DNA of 64,000 nt from assembly GCA_963719515.1 (NCBI GenBank), contig CAVRCJ010000011.1, positions 435,035 to 499,034 on the forward strand. Direction: 5' to 3'. Source of the stretch: an uncultured cyanobacterium (lineage in GTDB: Bacteria; Cyanobacteriota; Cyanobacteriia; CAKZMO01). The translations under genes and the position numbers were made by a program. Positions 62,626 through 64,000 of this stretch are shown here, one piece after another (within the stretch, counting starts at the first letter, position 1; every line of letters begins with the position of its first letter). The notes below the pieces were generated by a model. It made no database searches. It was not told where the DNA came from and saw only the letters and a list, made by a program, of their open reading frames with translations.

Positions 62626-62859
62626 ATGGCCAATCTAATCGTTCGTAATATTGACAATGCTATTGTCACAGCCCTTAAGCAGCGAGCTGCTCGCCACGGC
62701 GTCAGCGCAGAAGCTGAACATCGCAAAATTCTAGAACAGGTTTTGCTGCAGCCGCCCAGAAAATCCTTTGCCGAAGTCCTAGGTCTGATACCTACCGTTG
62801 GCATTGATGCTGACTTTGAGCGCGTGCAAGACGATGCAGCCCGCGATGTATTTACTTGA
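62626..62859 (+). CDS. FitA/Arc-like ribbon-helix-helix antitoxin
   Basis: MANLIVRNID...ALKQRAARHGVSAEAEHRKIL. Confidence 0.85.
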   Translation: MANLIVRNIDNAIVTALKQRAARHGVSAEAEHRKILEQVLLQPPRKSFAEVLGLIPTVGIDADFERVQDDAARDVFT

Positions 62860-63274
62860 CACCAATGTTATTAGCGAACTGCGGAGAAAGAGCAGCGCTG
62901 ATTCTGGCGTTCAGCAGTTCTTCCAAGAGGCGATTGAAAAGAGCGATCGCCTTTACATCAGCGTTATCACTGTTGGAGAGCTTCGTAGAGGCGTTGAACG
63001 CATCCGCTATCGCGGTGACCAACCCCAAGCAGAAGCCCTAGAAGCTTGGCTGCAGGAAATTTTAGATAACTATCGCGACCATATTTTGGAGTTTACTGCA
63101 GCTGAAGCTCAAGTCTGGGGACGCCTATGCGTTCCTTCCCCGCAGAACTCGATTGATAAGCAGATCGCTGCGACGGCGCTTACTTGCGGACTCACTCTAG
63201 TTACCCGCAATGTTCGTGACTTTGTGGAACTGGGGGTACCGCTACTCAACCCGTTTGGCGCTGCTGCCTTTTAA
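62846..63274 (+). CDS. vapC: VapC/FitB PIN-domain toxin
   Basis: MYLLDTNVISELR...SVITVGEL...DKQIAATA...LVTRNVRDF. Confidence 0.92.
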   Translation: MYLLDTNVISELRRKSSADSGVQQFFQEAIEKSDRLYISVITVGELRRGVERIRYRGDQPQAEALEAWLQEILDNYRDHILEFTAAEAQVWGRLCVPSPQNSIDKQIAATALTCGLTLVTRNVRDFVELGVPLLNPFGAAAF

Positions 63275-63348
63275 GTGCGAAGTACAGGTCAGCATCTGGT
63301 AATTCTGATAGCGATGGCGATCGCGCTAGTACAGGATAAAGTTCTTCC

Positions 63349-64000
63349 CTAGACCCCCTTATACGCTACTGCCTCAGCCCTCTCCTTATCCGTCGGCTGC
63401 TGCTTCGGCGCTGTCGCATTCAGCCGCTGCACCCCAATCTGATTGAGCGCAATGCCCACTACGATAACGCTGCCACCGATGTACTGGGCCAGCGTCGGCG
63501 CTTCACTGAGGATGAGATAGGCCGCCAGCACGCCAGCAATAGGCGTAAAGGCCGTCGCCAGCGAGATCTCGCTCGCCGTGCTCTGCTTCAGTCCACTAAA
63601 CCAAAACAGCTGTCCGCCCACCACAATTACGGCGCTGTAAATCAGCATCCAGCGCCACAAAAACTCAGAGGTGACATCCATAAAGTGGCCGGGGTCAAAC
63701 AACACCAGCACAATAACAAAAAAGCAGACCGTACCCAACGCCATTCGGAACAAGCTGAATACCCCCAAGGGCACCTGCTTGAGACTGACTCGGCTAATTA
63801 GGTTGGAAATTGCCTTGAGGATAGCGGCAACCACCGTAAACAGCTCTCCCCGACCGACCTCTAGCCCCATTCCCATAGACACCATGTCGCCCCCAGCAGG
63901 CTGCAGCACCACCGTCAGCACCACCCCCACAAAAGCCAGGATTGCTCCGGCTACGACCCAAGCGTTGACGCGATCGCCCAACAGCAGCACCGACAGCGCC
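63349..64000 (-). CDS. DMT/EamA family transporter (5' end outside window)
   Basis: Multiple TM helices; P..GVLAAYLILSEAPT..QYIGG. Confidence 0.85.
   Translation of the reverse strand, partial: ALSVLLLGDRVNAWVVAGAILAFVGVVLTVVLQPAGGDMVSMGMGLEVGRGELFTVVAAILKAISNLISRVSLKQVPLGVFSLFRMALGTVCFFVIVLVLFDPGHFMDVTSEFLWRWMLIYSAVIVVGGQLFWFSGLKQSTASEISLATAFTPIAGVLAAYLILSEAPTLAQYIGGSVIVVGIALNQIGVQRLNATAPKQQPTDKERAEAVAYKGV

Overview
Window from a cyanobacterial chromosome (abundant HIP1 octamer GCGATCGC, Uma2, PEP-CTERM/cyanoexosortase A, HetP; probably a filamentous Leptolyngbya/Nodosilinea-like lineage, which is an inference). Housekeeping and metabolic genes include a GH1 beta-glucosidase (partial), a ZIP transporter, SRP RNA, RecQ, alpha-amylase, a DNA methyltransferase, ABC transporters, a REC-PAS-GGDEF-EAL protein, uvrB and two VapBC pairs. 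Four accessory systems stand out. (1) A low-GC integron-like cassette array at about 7.9-10.66 kb has two attC sites and an attI-like site whose cores interlock perfectly, has no integrase in the window, and carries a phycobiliprotein-like ORF lacking the bilin Cys. (2) A peptidase-ABC (HetC-like)/HlyD/HetP/PpiC export locus at 21.5-31.6 kb has three intact and one dead double-glycine-leader small proteins plus an RTX protein; five of its upstream regions share a TGCCA-N3-TGGCA palindrome 21-23 nt before a -10 box. (3) A dispersed module of sigma70 promoter, long structured 5' leader ending in an RBS-occluding hairpin, and a ~90-125 aa ORF occurs three times (5.6, 18.7 and 55 kb). (4) A ~22.6 kb cluster for a sulfated, acetylated and methylated exopolysaccharide is joined to a cyanoexosortase A system. 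The window also has nested MITEs that insert into one hairpin loop, an internally deleted IS200/IS605-type element, REP-like palindromes and 21/42-bp periodic repeats. Several single-base frameshifts in otherwise intact genes may be assembly errors. All calls come from reading the sequence; no searches were run.
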